64,000 nucleotides of DNA from Eubacteriales bacterium (GCA_045544255.1 JAZPYP010000082.1:5347-69346), one strand, 5' to 3'; numbered from the stretch's first letter, positions 25,851 through 34,346 are shown. Made by a program: numbers and translations. The notes: a model not told the origin generated them from the sequence alone.

Positions 25851-26861
25851 ATGTCTGTTAAAGTTGCTATCAATGGTTTTGGTCGTATCGGCCGTCTGGC
25901 TTTCCGTCAGATGTTCGGCGCGGAAGGTTATGAGATCGTTGCCATCAACGATTTGACCGACGCTAAGATGCTGGCTCATCTGCTGAAGTACGATTCCGCT
26001 CAAGGCCGCTACAATCACGAGGTTGTTGCAGGCGAAGGCGAGATCACTGTAGACGGCAAGACCATCAAGATCTATGCTGAGAAGAACGCTGCTGATCTGC
26101 CCTGGGGCGAGATCGGTGTAGATGTTGTTCTGGAGTGCACCGGTTTCTACTGCTCCAAAGAGAAGGCTTCTGCTCATATCACCGCAGGCGCCAAGAAGGT
26201 TGTTATCTCTGCTCCCGCAGGTAAAGATCTTCCCACCGTTGTATTCAGCGTAAACGAGAAGACTCTGACCAAGGAAGACACCATCATCTCCGCTGCTTCC
26301 TGCACCACCAACTGCCTGGCTCCCATGGCTAAGGCTCTGAACGATTATGCTCCCATCCAGAGCGGTATCATGACCACTGTTCATGCTTATACCGGCGATC
26401 AGATGGTTCTCGATGGCCCCCACAGAAAGGGCGATTTGAGAAGAGCTCGCGCTGCTGCTGTGAACATTGTTCCCAATAGCACCGGTGCTGCTAAGGCGAT
26501 CGGCCTTGTTATCCCCGAACTGAACGGCAAGCTGATCGGCTCCGCTCAGCGTGTGCCCGTTCCCACCGGTTCCACCACCCTGCTGGTTGCCGTGGTTAAG
26601 GGCAAGGATGTTACCGTTGAGGGCATCAACGCTGCTATGAAGGCCGCTTCTTCCGATTCCTTCGGCTATACCGAAGAGCAGCTCGTTTCTTCCGATATCG
26701 TTGGTATCACCTATGGTTCTCTCTTCGATGCTACCCAGACCATGGTTGCTAAGATCGATGAGGATACCTATCAGGTTCAGGTTGTTTCTTGGTATGATAA
26801 TGAGAACAGCTACACCAGCCAGATGGTTCGCACCATCAAATACTTTGCAGAGCTTGCATAA
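25851..26861 (+). CDS. gap: Type I glyceraldehyde-3-phosphate dehydrogenase
   Basis: INGFGRIGR, the SCTTNCLAP catalytic Cys motif and WYDNE. Strong RBS (TAGGAGG), TTGTAA-17-TATAAT promoter, and codon usage typical of a highly expressed gene. Confidence 0.95.
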   Translation: MSVKVAINGFGRIGRLAFRQMFGAEGYEIVAINDLTDAKMLAHLLKYDSAQGRYNHEVVAGEGEITVDGKTIKIYAEKNAADLPWGEIGVDVVLECTGFYCSKEKASAHITAGAKKVVISAPAGKDLPTVVFSVNEKTLTKEDTIISAASCTTNCLAPMAKALNDYAPIQSGIMTTVHAYTGDQMVLDGPHRKGDLRRARAAAVNIVPNSTGAAKAIGLVIPELNGKLIGSAQRVPVPTGSTTLLVAVVKGKDVTVEGINAAMKAASSDSFGYTEEQLVSSDIVGITYGSLFDATQTMVAKIDEDTYQVQVVSWYDNENSYTSQMVRTIKYFAELA

Positions 26862-26878
26862 GTAACGCGAAATAGTAA

Positions 26879-26910
26879 ATAGGAACGCTTTTCAGCGTTC
26901 CTATTTTTTT
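26879..26910 (+). terminator. gap terminator
   Basis: Stem ATAGGAACGCT / AGCGTTCCTAT (26879-26889 / 26894-26904) followed by T6. Confidence 0.85.
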
Positions 26911-26911
26911 A

Positions 26912-26940
26912 TTGCAAAATAGCAGTAGGCATGATATCAT
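26912..26940 (+). promoter_or_regulatory. Candidate GH130 promoter
   Basis: TTGCAA (26912-26917), 17 nt, TATCAT (26935-26940) with an extended -10 TG. Confidence 0.45.
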
Positions 26941-26974
26941 AAAATTACCAAATAATTATATGGAGGAATCTATT

Positions 26975-27931
26975 ATGGCTAAAATTATCGGCGAGGCTCT
27001 TCCCAATATTCCTTGGCAGGATAAACCCGAAGGGTATCGATACCCTGTATGGCGGTATAGTGAAAATCCCATCATCTCCCGAGATGACCTTTTTATGGCC
27101 AACAGCATCTTTAATTCTGCGGTTGTGCCCTATAAGGATGGGTTTGCCGGCGTTTTTCGTGTTGATTTTATGACCCGCGGTCAGCACCTGGTGGTGGGCT
27201 TCAGTAAGGATGCTATCCATTGGGAACTTAAGGAGAAGGTGATCTTCAAAGGCTATGATCCTCGCCTTTGCCTGCTGGACGGGAAATATTACCTCTCCTG
27301 GGTTAAGCGCGCTCCCCGCGGCACCACCATTGGCATCGCCTATACCACCGACTTTGAAGAGTGGGTAGAGCTGGAGGATGCAGGCTATCCCGTTTCCCGC
27401 AACGGAGTTCTCTTCCCCCGCAAGGTCAACGATGAATATATGCTGCTGATCCGCCCCTGCGATAAGAGCCATACCAAATACGGCGATATCTTCCTCCTTC
27501 ATAGCAAGGATCTCACCTATTGGGGCAAGCATCGCTTGGTGATGACCCCTGCAGGCGGCTGGGAAAGCACCAAGGTCGGCGCCGGCCCCACCCCCATCGA
27601 GACCGATGAGGGCTGGCTGATGTTCTACCACGGTGTGCTCACCAGCTGCAACGGCTTTGTTTATTCCATGGGCGCTGCCATCCTCGATAAGGATGAGCCC
27701 TGGAAGGTGCTCCATCGCTCCGATAGCTTCCTTCTGGCGCCCCATGAAACCTATGAGTGCGTGGGTGATGTACCGAATGTGGTATTCCCCTGCGCTGCTC
27801 TGACCGATGCCGAAACCGGCCGCATCGCCATCTACTATGGCGCCGCCGATACCACCGTTGCCCTTGCTTTTACCACTGTTGACGATGTGGTAAAATTTAT
27901 CAAGGAGCATGATCGGATCAAGCCTGAATAA
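26975..27931 (+). CDS. GH130 family beta-mannoside phosphorylase/glycosidase
   Basis: Start re-set to the ATG at 26975 (TGGAGGA RBS; MAKIIGEALPNIPWQDKP). Five-bladed propeller pattern: NSAVVPYKDGFAGVFR, VLFPRK, GAGPTPIETDEGWLMFYHGV, IYYGAADT. No signal peptide. Confidence 0.8.
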   Translation: MAKIIGEALPNIPWQDKPEGYRYPVWRYSENPIISRDDLFMANSIFNSAVVPYKDGFAGVFRVDFMTRGQHLVVGFSKDAIHWELKEKVIFKGYDPRLCLLDGKYYLSWVKRAPRGTTIGIAYTTDFEEWVELEDAGYPVSRNGVLFPRKVNDEYMLLIRPCDKSHTKYGDIFLLHSKDLTYWGKHRLVMTPAGGWESTKVGAGPTPIETDEGWLMFYHGVLTSCNGFVYSMGAAILDKDEPWKVLHRSDSFLLAPHETYECVGDVPNVVFPCAALTDAETGRIAIYYGAADTTVALAFTTVDDVVKFIKEHDRIKPE

Positions 27932-27943
27932 AACCAATATAAA

Positions 27944-27971
27944 ACGGGATGTCTTGACATCCCGTTTTTTT
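27944..27971 (+). terminator. GH130 terminator
   Basis: Stem ACGGGATGTC / GACATCCCGT (27944-27953 / 27956-27965) followed by T7. Confidence 0.8.
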
Positions 27972-27985
27972 GTAAACGAAAATAA

Positions 27986-28008
27986 CAGGATGCAAATTTT
28001 GCATCCTG
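27986..28008. repeat. Perfect 23-bp palindrome CAGGATGCAAA-T-TTTGCATCCTG
   Basis: Read directly: 11-bp arms around a single central nucleotide. Shares the GGATGCAAA/TTTGCATCC core with 28148-28172. Confidence 0.9.
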
Positions 28009-28031
28009 CTTTATTCTCAACATTTATAATT

Positions 28032-28133
28032 CTTGCAATCCAAGACTTCGGCGCACTGCGGCGGCACCCCAACGCATCCGGCAGGATGCTTATGGGGCTT
28101 CTTGCATTGCATCCGAACTTTTGGATTGCAAGG
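28032..28133. repeat. Long imperfect inverted repeat forming a ~100-nt rod with nested hairpins
   Basis: The arms at 28032-28051 and 28113-132 are complementary at 18 of 20 positions (my count). Nested pairs are CCCC/GGGG (28067-70 / 28094-97) and GCATCC/GGATGC (28074-79 / 28084-89). Confidence 0.7.
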
Positions 28134-28147
28134 GGAACTACATCAAA

Positions 28148-28172
28148 AAGGGATGCAAAATTTGCATCCCTT
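28148..28172. repeat. Perfect 25-bp palindrome AAGGGATGCAAA-A-TTTGCATCCCTT (bidirectional terminator shape)
   Basis: Read directly: 12-bp arms flanked by A- and T-runs. Probable terminator for asd read-through on the minus strand. Confidence 0.85.
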
Positions 28173-28195
28173 TTCATTATTTCGTTTTCGCAAAT

Positions 28196-28390
28196 TCGAA
28201 AACCGATCAAATGGGATGGATTTTTCGATTTCTTCACACGACGGCGTATGTTGATACACCAAGGGGGAAAAATCAGAAAAAGCGCCTTTTTTCAGAGAAT
28301 CGAAAACCGATCAAATGGGATGGATTTTTCGATTTCTTCACATGACGGCGTATGTCGATACACCGAGGGGGAAAAATCGGAAAAGGCGCC
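28196..28390. repeat. Direct duplication: two ~91-bp copies at a 104-bp period
   Basis: Copy 1 is 28196-28286 and copy 2 is 28300-28390 (TCGAAAACCGATCAAATGGGATGGATTTTTCGATTTCTTCACA[C/T]GACGGCGTATGT[T/C]GATACACC[A/G]AGGGGGAAAAATC[A/G]GAAAA[A/G]GCGCC). Only five substitutions seen by eye. Confidence 0.9.
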
Positions 28391-28404
28391 CATTTCAGCG
28401 GTTT

Positions 28405-29394
28405 TTACAGCAATTCCGCAATCTGAATTGCATTAGTTGCTGCGCCTTTTCTGACTTGATCGCCGCAGCACCAGATCTGCAAACCACACTCATCGGTAAG
28501 ATCCTTGCGGATGCGGCCAACGAAGACAAGATCCTGATCGGTGGTATCGAGGGGCATGGGATAAACCTTATTGCCAAGATCATCTGCTAATTTGCAGCCG
28601 GGGGCGGAAGCGATGATCTCGCGAGCAGCCTCCACAGAAACAGGCTTCTCGGTCTTCACGGTTACAGAGATGGAATGGCTGCGCACAACGGGTACACGAA
28701 TGCAGGTGCAGTTGACCAAAAGCTCCGGCAGATGCATGATCTTTCTGCCTTCATTTTGCATCTTCATCTCTTCGCTGGTATAGCCCTCATGAGCCTCGCC
28801 ACCGATCTGGGGAATCACATTATAAGCGATCTGATAGGGGAACACCGTATTTTCATAGCTTTCGCCCTTGGCAAGGGCTTCCACCTCGCCCATCAGCTCG
28901 ATGGGGCCGCCTGCGCCTGCGCCGGAAACTGCCTGATAGGTAGAGGCGATCATGGTCTTGATGGGGCTGAGCTTATTCAAAGCATTCACAGCGGTGAGGG
29001 TGATAATGGTGGAGCAATTAGGGTTGGAGATAATACCCTTATGATTCTTCGCATCTTCGGCATTAACTTCGGGAATGATCAGGGGCACATCGGGATCCAT
29101 GCGAAAGGCGCTGGAATTATCCACAAAAACAGCGCCGGCTTTAACAATTGCGGGAGCAAGGCGCTTTGCAAGCTCATTGGAAGCAGCACCCAGCACCAGA
29201 TCCATGCCCTCGAAGGCATTCTCATCAGCAAGCTCCACCGCAATATTTTCACCCTTAAAGGGGATCAACTTACCAACAGAGCGCTCGCTGGCCAAAAGCT
29301 TTAATTTTCCGATAGGGAAATTGCGCTCCTCCAAAACCTTCAGCATCTCGCGGCCAACCGCACCGGTGGCGCCTAAAATTGCAACATTCTTCAT
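28405..29394 (-). CDS. asd: Aspartate-semialdehyde dehydrogenase
   Basis: GATGAVG NAD motif, the NPNCSTI active-site Cys motif and SGAG. Confidence 0.95.
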   Translation of the reverse strand: MKNVAILGATGAVGREMLKVLEERNFPIGKLKLLASERSVGKLIPFKGENIAVELADENAFEGMDLVLGAASNELAKRLAPAIVKAGAVFVDNSSAFRMDPDVPLIIPEVNAEDAKNHKGIISNPNCSTIITLTAVNALNKLSPIKTMIASTYQAVSGAGAGGPIELMGEVEALAKGESYENTVFPYQIAYNVIPQIGGEAHEGYTSEEMKMQNEGRKIMHLPELLVNCTCIRVPVVRSHSISVTVKTEKPVSVEAAREIIASAPGCKLADDLGNKVYPMPLDTTDQDLVFVGRIRKDLTDECGLQIWCCGDQVRKGAATNAIQIAELL

Positions 29395-29428
29395 TGATCT
29401 ATCTACTCCTTTAATCTTTTTCTATTAT

Positions 29429-30559
29429 TTATTCGCTCAAAGCGGCAATAAATACCTTATCGTCTTCCGCTTTGATCTTTTCCATATGTTTTTGCATCTC
29501 GGCAACCGACATCAGATCGGTGAGATACCCCACCCCAAAAGGCTTTTTGCAAAGGGGCTTTGCGCTTTCGGCGGTGCTGCGGATATAGTAGCGATAAGAA
29601 ACGCAACTGTTATCCAGATGAATCTTTTCGCTCTTTTCGGAATAGAAGTCCTTCACGCCTTCTTTAATATCCACGCAATCCTGCACCACATTAGCGGCGG
29701 TGGGATAGCGGCCGGCGCCCTGCCCGTAAAAGCTCATTCTGCCGCTCCGCTCGGCATCATAAGAGATAAGATTGAAATTAGAAGGAACCGAGGCGGTCAT
29801 GGAGCCTGCTTCCAGAAGAGTGGGTTGCACAAAGGCAGCCACAGCCCCATCCTTTTCAAAGGCGCGGCCCAAGATCTTGCAGGTGAGCCCCCGATCCTTA
29901 AAGGCCTTCACATCCTCATCCCGCAGGTTGCGAATACCATAAACGGGAAGCTCTTCTTTCTCAACCGAAACATCGAATGCCACATTAGCGGAAAGCATCA
30001 GCTTATGCATAATATCCAGCCCATCAATATCGGCGCTGGGATCTGCCTCCGCATAGCCAAGGGCTTGGGCCTCGGCCAAAGCGGCATAGAAGGAAAGGCC
30101 CTTTTCATGCATATTGGTCAGAATATAGTTGGTAGTGCCATTCATGATGCCTTCCAGCGCGGTGATCTTTTCTGCTCGCTTGGCGCGCTCCAAAGCGGTA
30201 AGCCAACCGATTCCGCCGCCCACTGCTGCGGTGCACCGAAATGCCACATTATTTTCTTTTGCAAGACCGATCAGCTCATCATAAAAGGTGGCCACCAGAT
30301 ATTTATTGGCGGTTACCACATTTTTTCCGGCTTTAAGGGCGGCGGTAACAAATTCATAGGCAGGATGCAATCCGCCCATCACCTCGACCACCGTATCCAC
30401 TTCGCTATCGTTTAATAAATCATCAACGCTATGAGTAAGCTCCGGAATGCCGATCTCGCGGATATCCAAAACATACCGCACTTCAGCAAGGGAGCGCTCT
30501 TTGATGATCTCATATACGCCGGCGCCGATGGTGCCGAAACCCATTAAACCAATTACCAT
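29429..30559 (-). CDS. hom: Homoserine dehydrogenase
   Basis: GFGTIGAG NAD motif, VVTANK, GIMNGTTNYILT and AEADPSADIDG motifs. Directly upstream of asd. Confidence 0.85.
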   Translation of the reverse strand: MVIGLMGFGTIGAGVYEIIKERSLAEVRYVLDIREIGIPELTHSVDDLLNDSEVDTVVEVMGGLHPAYEFVTAALKAGKNVVTANKYLVATFYDELIGLAKENNVAFRCTAAVGGGIGWLTALERAKRAEKITALEGIMNGTTNYILTNMHEKGLSFYAALAEAQALGYAEADPSADIDGLDIMHKLMLSANVAFDVSVEKEELPVYGIRNLRDEDVKAFKDRGLTCKILGRAFEKDGAVAAFVQPTLLEAGSMTASVPSNFNLISYDAERSGRMSFYGQGAGRYPTAANVVQDCVDIKEGVKDFYSEKSEKIHLDNSCVSYRYYIRSTAESAKPLCKKPFGVGYLTDLMSVAEMQKHMEKIKAEDDKVFIAALSE

Positions 30560-30716
30560 ACAGTTCTCCTACCTGTCCTTCCTACAAGGACAAATGATTT
30601 TATAATAGATACAGAATACCATAAATCCCTTAAAAAAGCAAGAAAATCGCCGCCATTTTATAAAAATTGGCATTTGGCACAAAAGGAGGCCGATCCTTGC
30701 AAAAATTTATGGAAAT

Positions 30717-31172
30717 TTATTTAGTTACATCTACCCATTCTTTGGCTTCTGCAACCCTGAAAAGCTCTTCGGGAGCCAGCCGCACCGCGCTGCTTGGGGT
30801 GCCGCAGGCGGGATAGACGGTTTCAAAATCCATTAAGGATCTATCCATATAAACAGGGCAGTCCACCCCAAACGGGCAAACACCGCCAACTCCATGGCCC
30901 ACCAATTCTTCCACCTTTTCAAAGGGGAGCATATGAGCTTTAAAACCGAAGGTGGATTTAAACTTTTGATTATCGATCTTGCGGCCGCCTGCGGCAAGAA
31001 CCAAAATGCAGCCATCGCCCGCCTCAAAAGAGAGGGTTTTAGCGATATGGTCGGGCTCGCAATGAAGGGCCTCTGCCGCCAAGGCAACGGTTGCGGAGGA
31101 GACGGTAAACTGAATGGCCCGATCCTCCATTTCATATTTTTTCAAATGATCAATGGCTTTTTCCCACGACAT
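30717..31172 (-). CDS. YbaK/EbsC-type aminoacyl-tRNA deacylase domain protein
   Basis: 151 aa with IAKTLSF...LVLAAGGRKID...GGVCPFG, typical of the YbaK/ProX editing domain. Confidence 0.75.
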   Translation of the reverse strand: MSWEKAIDHLKKYEMEDRAIQFTVSSATVALAAEALHCEPDHIAKTLSFEAGDGCILVLAAGGRKIDNQKFKSTFGFKAHMLPFEKVEELVGHGVGGVCPFGVDCPVYMDRSLMDFETVYPACGTPSSAVRLAPEELFRVAEAKEWVDVTK

Positions 31173-31175
31173 TTT

Positions 31176-32045
31176 TCAAAACTCCAATCTTTCTTTTAAG
31201 GTATTCAAAACTCTCTTTTTATCGGCGCTCCAAAGGGGCGCGATCAGATCCTTTTTGGCGCCATCGCCGGTTAAGCGATGGATTATTATCTCCCTCGGCA
31301 GGGCATCAAGGCAAGCCTGCAAAAGTTCTGCATATTCCAAGAGAGAAAGGCAGCGGAATTTCCCCGCCCGATAATCGCGGGCAAGATCTGTCCCTTCCAA
31401 AACATGAAGAAGCTGCAATTTGATTCCTTTTGCCCCGCTCCTGCCGATATAGCGGGCGGTTTCGATCATCTCTTCTCTGCTCTCATGAGGAAGCCCCAAG
31501 ATCATATGGACCACCGCCGGAATTCCCGCCGCAGAAAGCCGCTCCATGGCCCCATCAAAATCCGCCAAAGAAAAGCCGCTTCGAATATAGCGCAGGGATT
31601 TTTCATGAATGGTTTGAAGACCAAGCTCGATGGTGATCGGCTTGATTTGGTGAAGTTCCTTAAGCAACTCCACCACCTCTTCCGAAAGGCAATCGGGGCG
31701 GGTTGCAATGGCAAGCTCCAAAATATCGGGCTGCGCCATCGCCGCTTCATAAACGGCCCGAAGATGCTCGATAGGCCCATAGGTATTGGTAAAGGCCTGA
31801 AAATAGGCGATATATTTCCCGCTTTGTATCTTTTGCTCTACCCTTTTCTTGGCCCGCTCCAGTTGGGCGCAGATATCAAAGCCTGCTTCGGCAAAGTTGC
31901 CGCTTCCGCCGGCGCAAAAGATGCAGCCGCGGGTATCAAGGGAGCCATCTCGGTTGGGGCAGGTAAATCCGGCATCCAAAGAAAGCTTATAAACCTTGCA
32001 GCCATATTTTTCCTTCAGCACTTCGCCGATCAACCGTTGCTTCAT
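31176..32045 (-). CDS. TIGR01212-family radical SAM protein (YhcC-like)
   Basis: Start re-set to the ATG at 32045 (GGGGGAG RBS; MKQRLIGEVLKEKYGCKVYKLSLDAGFTCPNRDGSLDTRGCIFCAGG, the family signature). Confidence 0.8.
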   Translation of the reverse strand: MKQRLIGEVLKEKYGCKVYKLSLDAGFTCPNRDGSLDTRGCIFCAGGSGNFAEAGFDICAQLERAKKRVEQKIQSGKYIAYFQAFTNTYGPIEHLRAVYEAAMAQPDILELAIATRPDCLSEEVVELLKELHQIKPITIELGLQTIHEKSLRYIRSGFSLADFDGAMERLSAAGIPAVVHMILGLPHESREEMIETARYIGRSGAKGIKLQLLHVLEGTDLARDYRAGKFRCLSLLEYAELLQACLDALPREIIIHRLTGDGAKKDLIAPLWSADKKRVLNTLKERLEF

Positions 32046-32170
32046 CAGATACTCCCCCATAATAATCCTTTTAATAATATCAAAAGTCTTTTTTTCTGTC
32101 AAGGTCAGTTGACGAATTAAAATCTATTTGATATAATTATTTTTATATTATAACTAAAGGAGATATCGGA

Positions 32171-32884
32171 ATGCTTCGAACTCTTTGGATGTATCTCTAT
32201 GTGGCGGGTTACCTGCTTTTAGCGTTGCCCCTGCTTGCTTATACCAAATATCTTGAGAAAAAGGATCCCAAGAAAAACGAAATTTTCTGCCGCAAAAGGG
32301 TGGTTAATTTCGCAAGAAGATGCCTCAAAGTTGCGGGAACCAAGGTGGAGATCGAGGGCTTGGAAAATGTTCCCAAGGAAGCCACCCTCACCATCTATAA
32401 TCACCAAAGCCTTTTCGATGCCTTTATCCTGATCGCTTGCCTGCCCAATACGCAATGCATGGTGGCCAAGAAGGAGCTGGAGAAGGTGCCCCTCATCAGC
32501 GATTGGATGCGGGCAGGCCATTGCCTTTTTATCGACCGCTCCTCTGCAAGGGCGGGAATGCAGGTGATCCATCAAGGAGTGGAGCATCTGAAAAACGGAA
32601 TCAATGTTACCATCGCGCCGGAAGGCACTCGGAATCATGGCAAGGCCCTTCATGATTTTAAGGGCGGTGCCTTTATGATGGCCACCAAGGCCGAAGCGCC
32701 GATCCTGCCTGTTATTATTAATGGCACCCATAAGATCTTTGAGAGCAACGGCAATAAGGTGAAACCCGCTAAAGTAACGGTTAAGATCCTGCCGCCGATC
32801 CACACTAAAGGAATGCTTCGCCCCGCGCAGAAAGCATTGCCCGAAGAAATGAAAAAATTAATGGAAGAGGAACTTGCAAAATGA
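32171..32884 (+). CDS. plsC: 1-acyl-sn-glycerol-3-phosphate acyltransferase
   Basis: HX4D motif NHQSLFD, the APEGTRN block, an N-terminal membrane helix, and an AAAGGAG RBS. Confidence 0.8.
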   Translation: MLRTLWMYLYVAGYLLLALPLLAYTKYLEKKDPKKNEIFCRKRVVNFARRCLKVAGTKVEIEGLENVPKEATLTIYNHQSLFDAFILIACLPNTQCMVAKKELEKVPLISDWMRAGHCLFIDRSSARAGMQVIHQGVEHLKNGINVTIAPEGTRNHGKALHDFKGGAFMMATKAEAPILPVIINGTHKIFESNGNKVKPAKVTVKILPPIHTKGMLRPAQKALPEEMKKLMEEELAK

Positions 32885-33939
32885 AAAAAATCGCTCTGTT
32901 TTTAGTATTCACCCTGCTCTGCAGCTTGCTTTGCGGCTGCGCCGCTCAAAACCCTGCCACCTTGGAAGAAGTGGACCTTGATAAGTTTGTTACCCTTGGG
33001 GAATATAAGGGCCTTACTTATACTCCTGCTGATAGCAAAGTAAGCGATTATCAATATCAGATTGCCCTTAATACCAAGCTGAAGGATGCCGGCTATGGCG
33101 AGACCGGCGAAGAGAAGATCACCGAAGGCAAGGTGCAGATCGGCGATACCGCTACCATCGACTATGTGGGCAAAAAAGATGGGGTTGCTTTTCAGGGCGG
33201 CACCGATCAGGGCTATGAGCTTGGCATCGGCAGCGGCTCCTTTATCGATGGCTTCGAGGAAGGGCTTGTTGGGGTTAAGATCGGCGATACTGTGGACCTG
33301 AACCTCACCTTCCCTGCCGATTACGGCAACGCAGAGCTGGCGGGGGCAAAAGTGGTCTTCACCGTTACGGTTCATTCTGTAACCGACCGCACCACCTATC
33401 CCGCCCTGACCGATGCCATCGCCAAGAAGGTTGATAAAGAATGCAAGAGCGCCAAAGAGCTTACCCAAAAGATTCGGAACGAACTGAAAGAGGCCAATGA
33501 GGCTGAAGCCCTTTCTTCCATGCAGAATGAGCTTTGGACTAAAGTGATGAGTGATACCACCTTTGCCGATCAACTTCCCAAAAAGATCATGGAAGATACC
33601 ACCAAGCAATATACCGATTATTATACCTCTTATGGTCTGCAATGCGGCTATACCGATCTGGCTTCCTTCCTTTCTGCCAATGGTATGACCGAAGCAAATC
33701 TTGAGGATATGGCCGCTTCCTTGGTGAAGCAGCAGCTTGCCGCCTATGCTATCGCAGAGGCAGAGGGCTATCAGGTGAGCGACGAAGAGTTTAAAGCAAC
33801 TGCAAAGGAACTGGCCCAATCCGCCGGCTTCGACGATGCCGATGAATATACCAAAACTGTTGGCGCCAATGTGATCCGCGATCAAATGATTATGGATTAC
33901 GCCATCAACTTCGTTGTCGAGAACGCAAAAGCAAAATAA
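32881..33939 (+). CDS. Lipoprotein with FKBP-type peptidyl-prolyl isomerase domain (trigger-factor-like extracytoplasmic foldase)
   Basis: Lipobox LLCGC after the signal peptide. FKBP block TIDYVGKKDGVAFQGGT...GSGSFIDGFEEGLVGVKIGD. ATGA overlap with plsC. Confidence 0.65.
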   Translation: MKKIALFLVFTLLCSLLCGCAAQNPATLEEVDLDKFVTLGEYKGLTYTPADSKVSDYQYQIALNTKLKDAGYGETGEEKITEGKVQIGDTATIDYVGKKDGVAFQGGTDQGYELGIGSGSFIDGFEEGLVGVKIGDTVDLNLTFPADYGNAELAGAKVVFTVTVHSVTDRTTYPALTDAIAKKVDKECKSAKELTQKIRNELKEANEAEALSSMQNELWTKVMSDTTFADQLPKKIMEDTTKQYTDYYTSYGLQCGYTDLASFLSANGMTEANLEDMAASLVKQQLAAYAIAEAEGYQVSDEEFKATAKELAQSAGFDDADEYTKTVGANVIRDQMIMDYAINFVVENAKAK

Positions 33940-33960
33940 TCAGCTCCTCAAAAAGCATAA

Positions 33961-33997
33961 AAATCCCTGCATCGGCGCCGCCGATGCAGGGATTTAT
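33961..33997 (+). terminator. Terminator of the plsC-PPIase unit
   Basis: Stem ATCCCTGCATCGG / CCGATGCAGGGAT (33963-33975 / 33981-33993) followed by a T-rich tail. Confidence 0.7.
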
Positions 33998-34046
33998 AAT
34001 TTCGTTAAAAAGGTCCTATTTCCAGATCCCCATTCATTTTTTAGTG

Positions 34047-34338
34047 GTGCACAATTCATTTGTGCGGAGAAACCCAAATCATTTGGGTTTTAAAAAAACT
34101 TGTTTGCGCTAGGGTGTACAAATGATTTGTGCGGAGAAACCCAAATCATTTGGGTTTTAAAACAACTTGTTTGTGCTGGGGTGTACAAATGATTTGTGCG
34201 GAGAAACCCAAATCATTTGGGTTTTAATACAACTTGTTTGTGCTGGGGGTGTACAAATGATTTGTGCGGAGAAACCCAAATCATTTGGGTTTTGAAGTAA
34301 TTTTCTTGTGTTTGGGTGCACAAATGATTTGTGCACCC
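34047..34338. repeat. Non-coding tandem repeat array, 4 full units plus a terminal partial unit, each containing two nested palindromes
   Basis: Units start at 34047, 34114, 34181, 34249 and 34316 (periods 67, 67, 68, 67). Unit: GTG[T/C]ACAAATGATTTGTGCGGAGAAACCCAAATCATTTGGGTTTTAA..CTTGTTTGTGCTGGG. The array ends in a perfect 25-bp palindrome, GGGTGCACAAAT-G-ATTTGTGCACCC (34314-34338). Confidence 0.9.
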
Positions 34339-34346
34339 CTTTAAAT

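Noticed and set aside
25851-26861. Distinct codon usage of gap (GCT/GGT/GTT/CTG/TTC-rich) as a sign of horizontal transfer
   Set aside because: This is the usual signature of translational selection in a very highly expressed glycolytic gene. The gene has a consensus promoter, a strong RBS and a strong terminator, and no mobile-element features flank it.
27909-28436. 175-aa plus-strand ORF spanning the repeat-rich spacer
   Set aside because: It starts inside the GH130 coding region without an RBS. It runs straight through three terminator hairpins and both copies of the 104-bp duplication, which produces repeated peptide segments. It has no recognisable motif.
34047-34338. Possible CRISPR array (regularly spaced repeats with palindromic cores)
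   Set aside because: The segments between the palindromes are themselves conserved from unit to unit (TTTTAAAA.AACTTGTTTG.GCTGGG). There are therefore no unique spacers, and the whole 67-68 bp unit repeats. No cas genes are in the window. Reported instead as a tandem repeat.
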